The position numbers and the translations under genes are program-made. Shown piece by piece: positions 25,869 to 35,039 of a stretch of DNA of 44,893 nt. The stretch lies in the IMG/VR virus record IMGVR_UViG_3300022183_000013, positions 1 to 44,893 of that record; one strand, 5' to 3'. The notes beneath the pieces were generated by a model, which saw nothing but the letters and a program-made list of their open reading frames with translations, made no database searches and was not told the origin of the DNA. Source of the DNA: a virus (lineage: Duplodnaviria > Caudoviricetes). Position 1 is the stretch's first letter, and each line of letters begins with the position of its first letter.

Positions 25869-28197
25869 TTCATCCCGATCCGATAGCAAGCTTAGGGCGG
25901 CGTTATCGTCGCAACTGCGCTCGGCTATTGGGTATGACAATGACGAGCTGTCGTCCGAACGCGCCACCGCTTGGCGTTATTACATGGGCGAGCAATCGAC
26001 CCTGCCGAGCATTCCGGGACGATCGAAGGTCATGTCCCGTGACGTTTACGAGACGGTCGAAACGGTCATGCCCTCGCTTGTCCGGGTGTTCTTGGGCACG
26101 GACCAGGTGTTCCGATTTGAGCCCGAGGGAGAAGAGGACGAAGAAGCCGCGCAACAGGCGACGGATTACGTGTCGTGGTTGATGCGGCGCAACAACAATT
26201 TTAGGCAGTGTTTCGACTGGATCAAGTCGGCATTGATTTACAAAAACAGCGCGCTGCACGTCTGGTGGGAGGAATCCGAAACCGAAGTTACCGAGGAATA
26301 CACCGGCCTTAGCGTTGATGAGATGACGGAGATCGTCAACGACGAGAGCGTGACGGTTGAAGAGATTGAAGAGTACCCGGCGGAGGTTGAAATGCCCGCC
26401 GAGCCGCAAATGCCACCGCAGCCGCAAATGCCACCGCAGCCGATGGGGCCGGATGCTGGCGGCATGCCTCAAGCGCCGATGCCGGGGGATGTTGGCGGGG
26501 TTATATCGATGCAAGGGCCGACGATGCTCTTTGACATCAAGATCCGCCGCGTCAAAACCAGCGGCGAAATCAAGATGGAGGCTCTCCCGCCCGAAGAGTT
26601 CTTGACCAACAGCCGCGCCAAGTCTTTGGAAGACGCGCGCATGGTGGCCCGGCGCACGCGGGTATCGAAGAGCGACTTGTTGAAGCGCGGCTATGACGAG
26701 ACGGAAGTCGAGAGCCTGAGCGCCGACGATGATCTGTATGAGGAAACCGAAGAGCGGTTTGACGACCTCGAATACGATGACGACAACGACGCCACGGATG
26801 CGGCGGCGCAACTGTGCCGGATCTATGAGGTCTATATCCAGTTCGATTATGACGGCGACGGCGAGACCGAATGGCGGCGAGTGGTCATGGGCAACGGTCC
26901 GGACTCTCCGGTTATTTTCGAGAATGACAAGCACGAGGGATTGCTTCCGTTCTGCGAGCTAACGCCGATCATCCTGCCGCATCGCCGCATCGGGCTGTCA
27001 ATGGAGGACGGGTCGCGAGAGGTCCAGCGGTGGAAGTCGACCTTGCTGCGGATGATGATGGACGGGCTTTATCACTCCGTCTTCCCGCGCAAGATCGTGG
27101 ACATGAACCAGATCGAGCCGGAGTTCTTCAACGACGTGTTGAACCAGGCGCCGGACGCCATCATCCGCGCCAAGGGGCCGAACGCGATCGTGCCGCTCCA
27201 GACGACCTGGGAAGGCCAGCGCGCCTTTCCGATGCTCGAATATGTCGATGGTCAATTGGTCCGCCGAACCGGCGTCACCCCGATGGGGCCGGATCTTAAT
27301 CCGAACGCATTGCAGCCGGAGACGGCGGAGAAGGTCCGCGAGGATAGCAATCAGGGCCGCGAGCGAACCGAGCTTATCACGCGCGTGTATGCGGAGACGG
27401 GGTTCAAGCAACTGGCCCGGTTGATGCTCCATCTCGTGACCAAGCACCAGGACAAAGAGCGGATCATTCGCCTTCGCGGCAATTGGGTGCCGATGGACCC
27501 GCGCTCGTGGAACGCGGGTATGGACATCAAGGTGTCTGTTGGCTTGGGAACCGGCAACCGCGATCAGCAGATGCAGCGCTATATGGTGATCGCTCAGAAG
27601 CAGGAGCAGATCCTACAGGTCGCGGGGATGCAAAACCCGCTGGTCACCATGAGGAACTATTACAACACGTTGGAGAAGATGGTCGAGGCGGCGGACTTGC
27701 CGGACGTTGATATTTTCTTCACCGACCCGGACAAAAACCCGATGCCGCCGCAACCGCCGGGGCAAGATCCGAAGGCGGTTGAGGCTCAGGGCAAGATGCA
27801 AATGGAGATGCAGAAGCTCCAAATGCAGCAGCAAATGGACGGCCAGAAGATGCAAGCCGAAGCGGCCATGGCGGAGAAGAAATTACAAGCCGATTCCGCT
27901 CTTACCGCTCAGAGGCTCCAGGCGGAACAGCAGATCAAAGCTCAAGAGGCTCAGCGCAACGCGGCGATGCAAGAGCAGCAGTTCCAGCAACAGTTGGAAC
28001 AGCAACGCGCGATCGAGGGCATGAAGTTGGAGGCCGCCGAGCGCCAGGCCGAGCGCGCCCATCAATTGGATGTCCAGAAGATGACCATTGATCAGCAATT
28101 CCGCGAGCGGGAGCTGGTGATGGAGGCCGAATTGGAACAATTGAAGATGGCTGCCGGTTCGCGTGACGGTAACGCTAACATCAATGTGAGCGACTAA
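25861..28197 (+). CDS. Portal protein (P22-like, long C-terminal coiled coil)
   Basis: GRSKVMSRDVYETVETVMPSLVRVF...; Q/E-rich helical C-terminus; follows terL. Confidence 0.92.
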   Translation: MSDSSRSDSKLRAALSSQLRSAIGYDNDELSSERATAWRYYMGEQSTLPSIPGRSKVMSRDVYETVETVMPSLVRVFLGTDQVFRFEPEGEEDEEAAQQATDYVSWLMRRNNNFRQCFDWIKSALIYKNSALHVWWEESETEVTEEYTGLSVDEMTEIVNDESVTVEEIEEYPAEVEMPAEPQMPPQPQMPPQPMGPDAGGMPQAPMPGDVGGVISMQGPTMLFDIKIRRVKTSGEIKMEALPPEEFLTNSRAKSLEDARMVARRTRVSKSDLLKRGYDETEVESLSADDDLYEETEERFDDLEYDDDNDATDAAAQLCRIYEVYIQFDYDGDGETEWRRVVMGNGPDSPVIFENDKHEGLLPFCELTPIILPHRRIGLSMEDGSREVQRWKSTLLRMMMDGLYHSVFPRKIVDMNQIEPEFFNDVLNQAPDAIIRAKGPNAIVPLQTTWEGQRAFPMLEYVDGQLVRRTGVTPMGPDLNPNALQPETAEKVREDSNQGRERTELITRVYAETGFKQLARLMLHLVTKHQDKERIIRLRGNWVPMDPRSWNAGMDIKVSVGLGTGNRDQQMQRYMVIAQKQEQILQVAGMQNPLVTMRNYYNTLEKMVEAADLPDVDIFFTDPDKNPMPPQPPGQDPKAVEAQGKMQMEMQKLQMQQQMDGQKMQAEAAMAEKKLQADSALTAQRLQAEQQIKAQEAQRNAAMQEQQFQQQLEQQRAIEGMKLEAAERQAERAHQLDVQKMTIDQQFRERELVMEAELEQLKMAAGSRDGNANINVSD

Positions 28198-28198
28198 G

Positions 28199-28444
28199 AT
28201 GCAGTTCGCACGAGTTTACAACACCGCTTTTGGCCCCGTGCCGCTGGGAGAGTGGATTTCAAAAGTCCCTATGACCAAGGCTGGGCGACCTGATCGCCGG
28301 ACCAGGATCGGAAAATCCGCGATTTTGTTTTTCGAAAAAATTGATAGCGAGGCGCAGAGGGTTTGGGATCAAGGCGGGGACATGGACTCATGCGATATCG
28401 GGCTAGTGGGGCCAGGATCGTCGCATGCCGCCCCGCATTGTTAG
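28199..28444 (+). CDS. Hypothetical protein
   Basis: 81 aa with TKAGRPDRR motif. Confidence 0.5.
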   Translation: MQFARVYNTAFGPVPLGEWISKVPMTKAGRPDRRTRIGKSAILFFEKIDSEAQRVWDQGGDMDSCDIGLVGPGSSHAAPHC

Positions 28445-28489
28445 AAAGCACTCGATTGTCCGGTGGGGAGAAATGAGAGAGGCGGCGTG

Positions 28490-28819
28490 ATGGATGAATC
28501 CATTTTAGATATTTTGCGCCGAGCGAGCCTATATGGGCGGGCGGATGCAAGCGGGGGGATGAGTGACGACGTTAGAAGCCTTTATCTTTCAGGGCTTCTC
28601 GGTGCCCAGGCGCCGGCAGGTGGCGGGCTGCTTAGTGCTGATGTTGGTGCCGGGTATGGCATGGGAAGGGCGGTGGGCGATGATTACGATGTCCGATGGA
28701 ACGGCGGCGGCATAAACAACTTGGGTCTTGGATTCTCGCATCCAAAATATGGGAATTTTCGCATGGAAACCGACCCGCGTTTTGACGGCGCGATGCTTCG
28801 ATATACGCATAAATTCTAA
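28490..28819 (+). CDS. Hypothetical glycine-rich protein
   Basis: GAGG RBS; beta-strand-like C-terminus ending in F. Confidence 0.55.
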   Translation: MDESILDILRRASLYGRADASGGMSDDVRSLYLSGLLGAQAPAGGGLLSADVGAGYGMGRAVGDDYDVRWNGGGINNLGLGFSHPKYGNFRMETDPRFDGAMLRYTHKF

Positions 28820-28828
28820 GGCCTGACA

Positions 28829-29962
28829 TTGATCTACTTCATGATTGAAAACCGTGACCGGGAGTTATGGTCCCGGCTTCTGGTGGCGTCGGCGCTGCAT
28901 GATTGGGGGATATCAAGCATCATCGGAAGCCAGCGGGTTTTGGCGCCGAACCTTGAATCGCTCCCGGTGGGATGTGTCGTGTTCAAGGGCGAAAACAAGG
29001 CCATGCGCGGATGGATGGAGACGGCAAAGCGGGCCGGCCACAACATCGCGGTGATGGACGAAGAAGGGCTGGCGGTTCGGTGCCCGGTGCATTTCCGCAA
29101 GGATATATTGCGATGCCTGCCGGTCGACGTGACCTATGTCGCCAACGAGTGGCAAGCCGAACACGCGATAAATGGCAAATGGACGGGCAATCCAAGGTTG
29201 GATTTGCTTAAAAAGCCAGAGATTTACGGCGAGCCCGATCGATCAGGGTATCTGCTGGTCAACACCAACACCAGCGGGGCCAACCCCCGAGGCGGCGACA
29301 TCAAGGCCTATCACGCCATGTGTGTTTCGGCGGGGTTCTTTGATAACCGCGAGGATTTCATCGCTCATATCGAGCACGATTGGACGTGTATCAGGAAAGT
29401 GCGAGAGTTTATTGAGGCATACGACGGCGAGGTGGTGATCAGGCCGCATCCCGGCGAAAACCCGGACCCGTGGCTAAATCTATATCGAGGCGACCCGAGA
29501 GTTCACGTCGCCGTTACCGGCAACCACGTTCAATGGATGCGGGGCGCGCGCTGTGTCTTGCACACGGGCTGCACGACGGCACTTGAGGCGGCGCATATGG
29601 GCGCGCCTTCGGTATCTCTGTTGGCGGGTGATCACGATGACACTGTTTTCGCGACGAACTATCCCCCTTTCCCAGCTACCGCCGACATCGGCGAGGCGCT
29701 TGATTTGGTCGAAGCCGCCGAGGTGCCGGGCGTGGATAGCGACGGCGAGGCGCACAAGCGGATTGCGGCGGATCTTGTCCCGCGTGCTGGCGAGAGCCGA
29801 GCGGTGGAGTTGGCATATACGGCGGTCTCGGGCGTGGACCCGTATTTTCTGAGCAAGGCGAAGATGGGGTTGAACGACCTTCGTGATTTTTGCGGCAAGT
29901 GGGGCTTGGACCTGCCGATCCGCGAAATTGGTGACAGCGTTTTCGGAATTGGAGCATTGTGA
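28829..29962 (+). CDS. Surface-carbohydrate biosynthesis protein (GT-B-like)
   Basis: E..DREL.SRLL, DEEGL, TGNPRLDLL, IRPHPGEN, GCTTALEA motifs. Confidence 0.8.
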   Translation: MIYFMIENRDRELWSRLLVASALHDWGISSIIGSQRVLAPNLESLPVGCVVFKGENKAMRGWMETAKRAGHNIAVMDEEGLAVRCPVHFRKDILRCLPVDVTYVANEWQAEHAINGKWTGNPRLDLLKKPEIYGEPDRSGYLLVNTNTSGANPRGGDIKAYHAMCVSAGFFDNREDFIAHIEHDWTCIRKVREFIEAYDGEVVIRPHPGENPDPWLNLYRGDPRVHVAVTGNHVQWMRGARCVLHTGCTTALEAAHMGAPSVSLLAGDHDDTVFATNYPPFPATADIGEALDLVEAAEVPGVDSDGEAHKRIAADLVPRAGESRAVELAYTAVSGVDPYFLSKAKMGLNDLRDFCGKWGLDLPIREIGDSVFGIGAL

Positions 29963-30813
29963 TGGTCAAAGAAAGCATTTCGGCGGGCGGTCGGCGGTTT
30001 ACGCAGGCGGCGGACACATATGATGAGGCGTTAGCCAAAGCCAATCGAAATTTTGACGAAATATACTCGTTTTTCGGCGACGGCACCACCCTCGGCACGG
30101 TCACGACCGTCGATATTAACGGCGGGACGATTGACGGGGCTACGATCGGCGGGGCGACTCCTGCGGCTGGTACGTTTACTACGCTATCTTCAACAGGAAT
30201 CCTTGATATCACGACGAACAACACGGCGTTTCGGCTGAAGGATAGCGCGGGGACGATGATCCCAACGCTGTCCCTGAGTGCGTCGAACCAACTGCTGTTC
30301 GGCACCAACAGCGCGCCCGCGTCAAACGGCGACCTCATTTTCATGCGTGCTAGTACAGAACGCATGAGACTAGATGGCACGGGTTTTGGCATCGGCGCTT
30401 CAGCACCGCAACAAATGCTTCATGTCCGCAACGACAGTGCTGGAGCACAGGCGAGCGGCATGCTGTTACAGAACCGTAGTGCGACCACTGGGTCGGCTAT
30501 CGGTATCGCGTTCATCACTACCACGCAGGATTTCTCTGACAATCGGTATAGCTGGTTCGGTAAAGAGCTACAGGGAGGCGGGTCAAACGACTTCATCTGG
30601 AAAACAGCGATTGGAGCCGCTCCCGCAGAAAGAATGCGCTTGTCTAACGCTGGCGTGTTGACGGTGCAGAGTGATCTTGTTTTGGCGACAACTAGAACTC
30701 CCGCGTCCGCATCAGCGACCGGGACGACCGGAACCGTCGCGTGGGACAGTTCTTATATGTACGTTTGTACAGCAACAGATACGTGGCGGCGCGTAGCACA
30801 CGCCACATGGTGA
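29959..30813 (+). CDS. Fibre/spike-like virion protein
   Basis: INGGTIDGATIGGATPAAGTFT, ERMRLD..G.GIG repeats, C-terminal WDSSYMYVCTATDTWRR. Confidence 0.75.
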   Translation: MMVKESISAGGRRFTQAADTYDEALAKANRNFDEIYSFFGDGTTLGTVTTVDINGGTIDGATIGGATPAAGTFTTLSSTGILDITTNNTAFRLKDSAGTMIPTLSLSASNQLLFGTNSAPASNGDLIFMRASTERMRLDGTGFGIGASAPQQMLHVRNDSAGAQASGMLLQNRSATTGSAIGIAFITTTQDFSDNRYSWFGKELQGGGSNDFIWKTAIGAAPAERMRLSNAGVLTVQSDLVLATTRTPASASATGTTGTVAWDSSYMYVCTATDTWRRVAHATW

Positions 30814-30827
30814 TATAAAGGAGATTT

Positions 30828-31208
30828 ATGGTGGCTGTTGAATTCACATGGCAAGTTGAAAAGGCTGAAACCCGGCTGTCCTATGCGGGGCTGGCTGATG
30901 TGGTCGATAAGGTCCATTGGCGCTTGGTCGGAACGGATTCCGCGACCGGGGAAGCCGCGTCCGAATATGGGGAAATTCCGCTCGATCTTGACGCGATAGA
31001 CCCGGCGACCTTCATGACCAAGGCTCAACTGGAAGCCGACCCAAGCATATTGATCGGCTGGGCGACGGCGCTGATCAACGCGACCGCGCCCGACGCGATC
31101 CCCGCGATGAAGGCCCGCATCACCGATCGCATCAACGAAAAGATCGCCCCGACAGCCGGCTCATTCGGCGCGGGGCTCAGTGTCGACGACAGCCTGATTG
31201 GAGCTTGA
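30828..31208 (+). CDS. Conserved phage protein following the fibre gene (possible chaperone)
   Basis: FTWQV...LADVVDKVHWRL. Confidence 0.65.
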   Translation: MVAVEFTWQVEKAETRLSYAGLADVVDKVHWRLVGTDSATGEAASEYGEIPLDLDAIDPATFMTKAQLEADPSILIGWATALINATAPDAIPAMKARITDRINEKIAPTAGSFGAGLSVDDSLIGA

Positions 31209-31420
31209 AATTGATCACCCCCGAAATCGCTAATTCCGCCATCGCGCTGATCAACCGCGCGCAGATCTCCGGAGCCGAGGCCGAGGCCGCCGTCCAGGTA
31301 AAACAAGCGATCCTAGCCGCCGCGCAACCCAAGGATACCGATGATGAACAAGAAACTGGCGAGTATCAGGGGAAGCGACCTAACGGCAAGCGGTCTCGCG
31401 CCAAGTCGTCACCCGCTTGA
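31205..31420 (+). CDS. Hypothetical protein
   Basis: TTG start with GGAG RBS, overlaps the upstream stop. Confidence 0.55.
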   Translation: MKLITPEIANSAIALINRAQISGAEAEAAVQVKQAILAAAQPKDTDDEQETGEYQGKRPNGKRSRAKSSPA

Positions 31421-31649
31421 TGTCCCGATCTGGCGGGATGGACACCACGCAATTGTCCAAAACCGTTGCATGGCACGACGATGAACAGGAGATGGTGCTT
31501 TTTTCCATCCCGACCACGGCGGCGTCTGGCGAGCCGGGGATCACGGCGGGTATCGATTGTGAGAACCATAGGAGCGTACAATGGGCGGATTTAACCAGGT
31601 CCTCGATCGGAACGCCAAGACGCCCCTTGTATTTCAAGCGGGGTGAGCG

Positions 31650-32678
31650 ATGGGCTTGCTTGACGATAGACAGAGCGGGTTGTTGGCGATGCAGCACAAC
31701 ATCGACCCGCGATACAAGGCGGCGGCGCGAGCCCCGGCGGCTCAGGTGTTGCGCGGACTTCTAGCCCCGCAACAGTTGGCCGAGATGGCGCTGGCGTTTG
31801 CCCCTGGATCTGGCGACGCGATGGCGGTTCGCGATGGGCAACAGAATTTCGCGGACATGCGGAAGTCTATCGAGGGCGGCGACTACGGCAAGGCCGCGTC
31901 CGATGCGATATACGGCACGACGGCCTATGCGTCGGCGTTGCCTGTGTTGGGGGCGGCGATTCCGCATTTCGGGGGGATGGTCAAGGCGGTTCGCGGGGCG
32001 GGGAAGGCTGCGGATCTGCCGATGGACGAGGCGTCGAGGATGGCGCGGGCGGATGAGCATTTCCCGGTTGAGGCGTTCCACGGGACCAACAAGGATTTCC
32101 CCGAGTTTGGGGCGCGCGGAAGCGCGACAAAGGCAAAAAGCGCGAAGAAGGCATATTGGTTCGTTGAAGACCCGAAAAGCGCGGGCGGGTACGCAGATAA
32201 TGCGGCAGATTCAGACGTTCAAAAATTGATTGATGCGTCACAAGCCGCCGAGCGTAGGGGCGAATGGGACAATGCCAATTCATTGATGGTGCAGGCGGAA
32301 AAATTGGAACAGTCCACACCGCATCGCGGGCAGAGCGTGATTCCGGCGCGACTTGGTGGGAACCTAAAAGAAGTTGATATGGATGGCGTCCAATATGACC
32401 CCGACGATGTGAACTTGTCGGAGATATTGGACGGCGCGAAGTCAGAGGGTTTTGATGGTGTGAAGCTCATGAACTTCTCCGATGAGGCGGGATACGGTCA
32501 ATATAATCCGACCACCCATTATGCCGTTTTCGACCCGAAAAACATCCGCTCTCGCTTCGCCAAGTTCGACCCGAAAAACCGGAACAGTCGCGACCTTCTG
32601 GCCGGCGTGGCTGGCGCTGGGCTCTTAGCGGCACCTGTCGCCCGCGGGATGCTCGCGGACGATCAGCAGCCTTATTGA
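31650..32678 (+). CDS. Protein with an ADP-ribosyltransferase-like (ART-PolyVal type) domain
   Basis: AFHGT...YWF......YA...VIPARL...GFDGV...YAVFDPKNIRSRFAKFDP; hydrophobic/glycine-rich N-terminus. Confidence 0.7.
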   Translation: MGLLDDRQSGLLAMQHNIDPRYKAAARAPAAQVLRGLLAPQQLAEMALAFAPGSGDAMAVRDGQQNFADMRKSIEGGDYGKAASDAIYGTTAYASALPVLGAAIPHFGGMVKAVRGAGKAADLPMDEASRMARADEHFPVEAFHGTNKDFPEFGARGSATKAKSAKKAYWFVEDPKSAGGYADNAADSDVQKLIDASQAAERRGEWDNANSLMVQAEKLEQSTPHRGQSVIPARLGGNLKEVDMDGVQYDPDDVNLSEILDGAKSEGFDGVKLMNFSDEAGYGQYNPTTHYAVFDPKNIRSRFAKFDPKNRNSRDLLAGVAGAGLLAAPVARGMLADDQQPY

Positions 32679-32711
32679 CCCTGTTAAGCGGCCCGCTCAA
32701 AGGAGACGACA

Positions 32712-33605
32712 ATGCCTCGTCCTGACACCATGACAATCCCCGGCGCGGGGACGATGACCCGGCGCGGGCCTTCGATGATGCCCGGAACGAGCATCTGGCC
32801 CGAGTGGCAAAAGGGGCTCCTGTCCGACAAGCAAATGAACGAGGTCATGCCGCATTTCGCGGGCGGCATTTATGGCGAGGGCGGATACCAGGTGCGAACG
32901 CCAGCCAACCCGCAGTCTTTCGGGCTTCTCGGCGCGGGCGACCCGAGCGTCTGGGGCGGCACGGCGGCGGAAAACATCATGGCCCAGCCACAACCGGCGC
33001 AATCAATGCAGCCGGTCCAGTCACAAGGCCTGCTGGCCCAGCCCACGGGGCAAGGCGGCGGGGGACTGTTATCGAACACGCCAAGCGGCCAAGCCCAGGC
33101 GATGCCGATGGGGCAAATGCAGGGGAACCCTTCGGGGGCGCGCTCGGGCGGGCTCGACTACTTAAGCCAATTGCCGCCCGAGATGATTTCGGCAAGGATG
33201 TCGCAAGGGCAACCCCAAGGCATGGACCCGATGGCGGGCAATCAAATCCGCCCTGTCACGCCGTCCGGCATTTGGGACAACAACCCCGACCCGAGCGCGA
33301 CAGGCGAAAAGCCAGCCGAAGGCGGCGGCGCTTACACCCTGCAAGACCTAATGTCGTATGAGGCGGCGTTGCGCGGCGCGAATTTCGGTAACCAAGATCC
33401 GATCTCGGCGTTTTCGATGTTCAAGGATGCGGGCGGCGGCACCTTTGACGTGGATTATTCCACGCCTTACAGCGGGCAGGTTTTCGGAATGAACGGCTCG
33501 CCGATCCATGAATTCAACCGGCTTGATACGGGGGAGCCGTATTCCCCCGCTTCCCGCAACGAGATCATCCGGAATCGACTCTCCGGCATTGACGAAAGCC
33601 GATAG
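32712..33605 (+). CDS. Low-complexity P/Q/G/M-rich hypothetical protein
   Basis: AAGGAG RBS, 297-aa ORF. Confidence 0.65.
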   Translation: MPRPDTMTIPGAGTMTRRGPSMMPGTSIWPEWQKGLLSDKQMNEVMPHFAGGIYGEGGYQVRTPANPQSFGLLGAGDPSVWGGTAAENIMAQPQPAQSMQPVQSQGLLAQPTGQGGGGLLSNTPSGQAQAMPMGQMQGNPSGARSGGLDYLSQLPPEMISARMSQGQPQGMDPMAGNQIRPVTPSGIWDNNPDPSATGEKPAEGGGAYTLQDLMSYEAALRGANFGNQDPISAFSMFKDAGGGTFDVDYSTPYSGQVFGMNGSPIHEFNRLDTGEPYSPASRNEIIRNRLSGIDESR

Positions 33606-33606
33606 C

Positions 33607-33882
33607 ATGACCGATGAAGACGCCAAGCGTCAGCTAGAAGAGCAACAGCGCGCGGGTGAAGAGGCCCAGCGCATCCTTGGGAGCGATTTGTTCAACAAGG
33701 TGTTTGACGATCTTCGCGAGCTTTACATCCGCGATGCGGTCAGCGCTCAGGAAGCGACCGCGAGGCTGGATCGCCTGAAAGCGGTCGAGGTTCTTGAACA
33801 CGTTCGGGGCGCGCTTGGCGCGGCTTTGATGGCGGGCAAGGCTTCTCAAGCCATGCTCGGGCACAACCACGAGGTCGTCTAA
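33607..33882 (+). CDS. Small conserved protein upstream of the scaffold gene
   Basis: RAGEEAQRILGSDLF...; typical position in podovirus head modules. Confidence 0.7.
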   Translation: MTDEDAKRQLEEQQRAGEEAQRILGSDLFNKVFDDLRELYIRDAVSAQEATARLDRLKAVEVLEHVRGALGAALMAGKASQAMLGHNHEVV

Positions 33883-33924
33883 CAAGCGTCTAACAAGAAT
33901 TCCCTGCATTGACAGGGGTTAGTC

Positions 33925-33947
33925 GGCGTCCTTCGGGGCGCTTTTTT
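33925..33947 (+). terminator. Intrinsic terminator-like hairpin
   Basis: GGCGTCC-TTCG-GGGCGCT followed by a T run. Confidence 0.6.
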
Positions 33948-33988
33948 CATTTGCGGTAGCGCCCGAGGGCGTCGCAAGGAGGTTGAAA

Positions 33989-35008
33989 ATGGCAGTTGTC
34001 GGTAGCGCCTCACCAGGCGTCGATGACCTTAATCTCGACGGTTTCGAGGCGTTCGCGTCTCAGGAATTGGACGCCGAAGACGGCATCAATCGAGAGCAAG
34101 ACACCGAGACGGTTGATGGTCCTTTCGAGGGTAGCCCAGAGGCCGACGAGGGGGCAGAAGAGCAGCCAGAAGGCGATGACGCCGAAGGTTCTGAAGCCGA
34201 GGACGAGGAATCGTCCGAATCCGAAGACGATGCGACTGAAGCCGAGGGCGAAGAGAGTCCAGAACAGGCCGAGGGCGATGACCTTGAAGACTTTGTCGAA
34301 TGGGAACATCCCGTCCACGGCCCGATCCGGGTAGCTCTTGACGAACTCCGTGACGGTTACATGCGGACCGAGGATTACACGCGGAAAACCACGTCGTTGA
34401 GTGACGAGGCCCGCGCACTCCAGAACCGCGCGCAGGAATGGGAGCGGGTAAAGGATCAAGAGCTGTTGTTTCTGCAGGCAAATGCGCCTCAGAAACCGCA
34501 ATGGGATTCGGATGATCCAATCGGATCGGCTGAAGCTCAGCACCAGTATGAAGCTGTGATGCAACAGCGCGCCGCTTTCTTGCAACAGCATGAACAGCGA
34601 CACGCCCACGCTCAGGCTCAATACGCCGCCGAACAAGCGGCCTTGCTGCCCCGACGTATCCCCGAGTGGGCAACGCCGGAAGTGGCAAGCCACGAAAAGG
34701 CGGGTGTGCGAAGCATGCTTTTGTCATCCGGATACACCGAGGATGAGATTAACGGTCTAGCTGATAGCCGGGCCGTGGTCATCGCTCGCAAAGCGTATCT
34801 TTATGACCAGCATGTGGCGTCCCAAAAGTCCAAGGTTGCCCTCGCGAAGAAAAAGGTGGCCGCAAAGCCCCCGGCTCCCGTGAGGTCGACGGAAACCGCT
34901 CCGAAGCCAAGACCCGATTCCAGGAAAGCGCGCCTTGTGAAAGCACACCGCCAGAAGGGCAGTGCTGAATCAATGGCGGACATTCTCATGGCTGACATGA
35001 TGAAGTAA
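33989..35008 (+). CDS. Capsid scaffolding protein
   Basis: Acidic N-terminus, LDELRDGYMRTEDYTRKT motif, basic C-terminus; directly before the capsid gene. Confidence 0.88.
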   Translation: MAVVGSASPGVDDLNLDGFEAFASQELDAEDGINREQDTETVDGPFEGSPEADEGAEEQPEGDDAEGSEAEDEESSESEDDATEAEGEESPEQAEGDDLEDFVEWEHPVHGPIRVALDELRDGYMRTEDYTRKTTSLSDEARALQNRAQEWERVKDQELLFLQANAPQKPQWDSDDPIGSAEAQHQYEAVMQQRAAFLQQHEQRHAHAQAQYAAEQAALLPRRIPEWATPEVASHEKAGVRSMLLSSGYTEDEINGLADSRAVVIARKAYLYDQHVASQKSKVALAKKKVAAKPPAPVRSTETAPKPRPDSRKARLVKAHRQKGSAESMADILMADMMK

Positions 35009-35039
35009 CCCTTCGGCGGAGGACATAAGGAGCCTTGAA

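Noticed and set aside
26403-26438. 18-bp tandem repeat GCCGCAAATGCCACCGCA in the portal gene
   Set aside because: Simple slippage in a low-complexity P/Q/M loop
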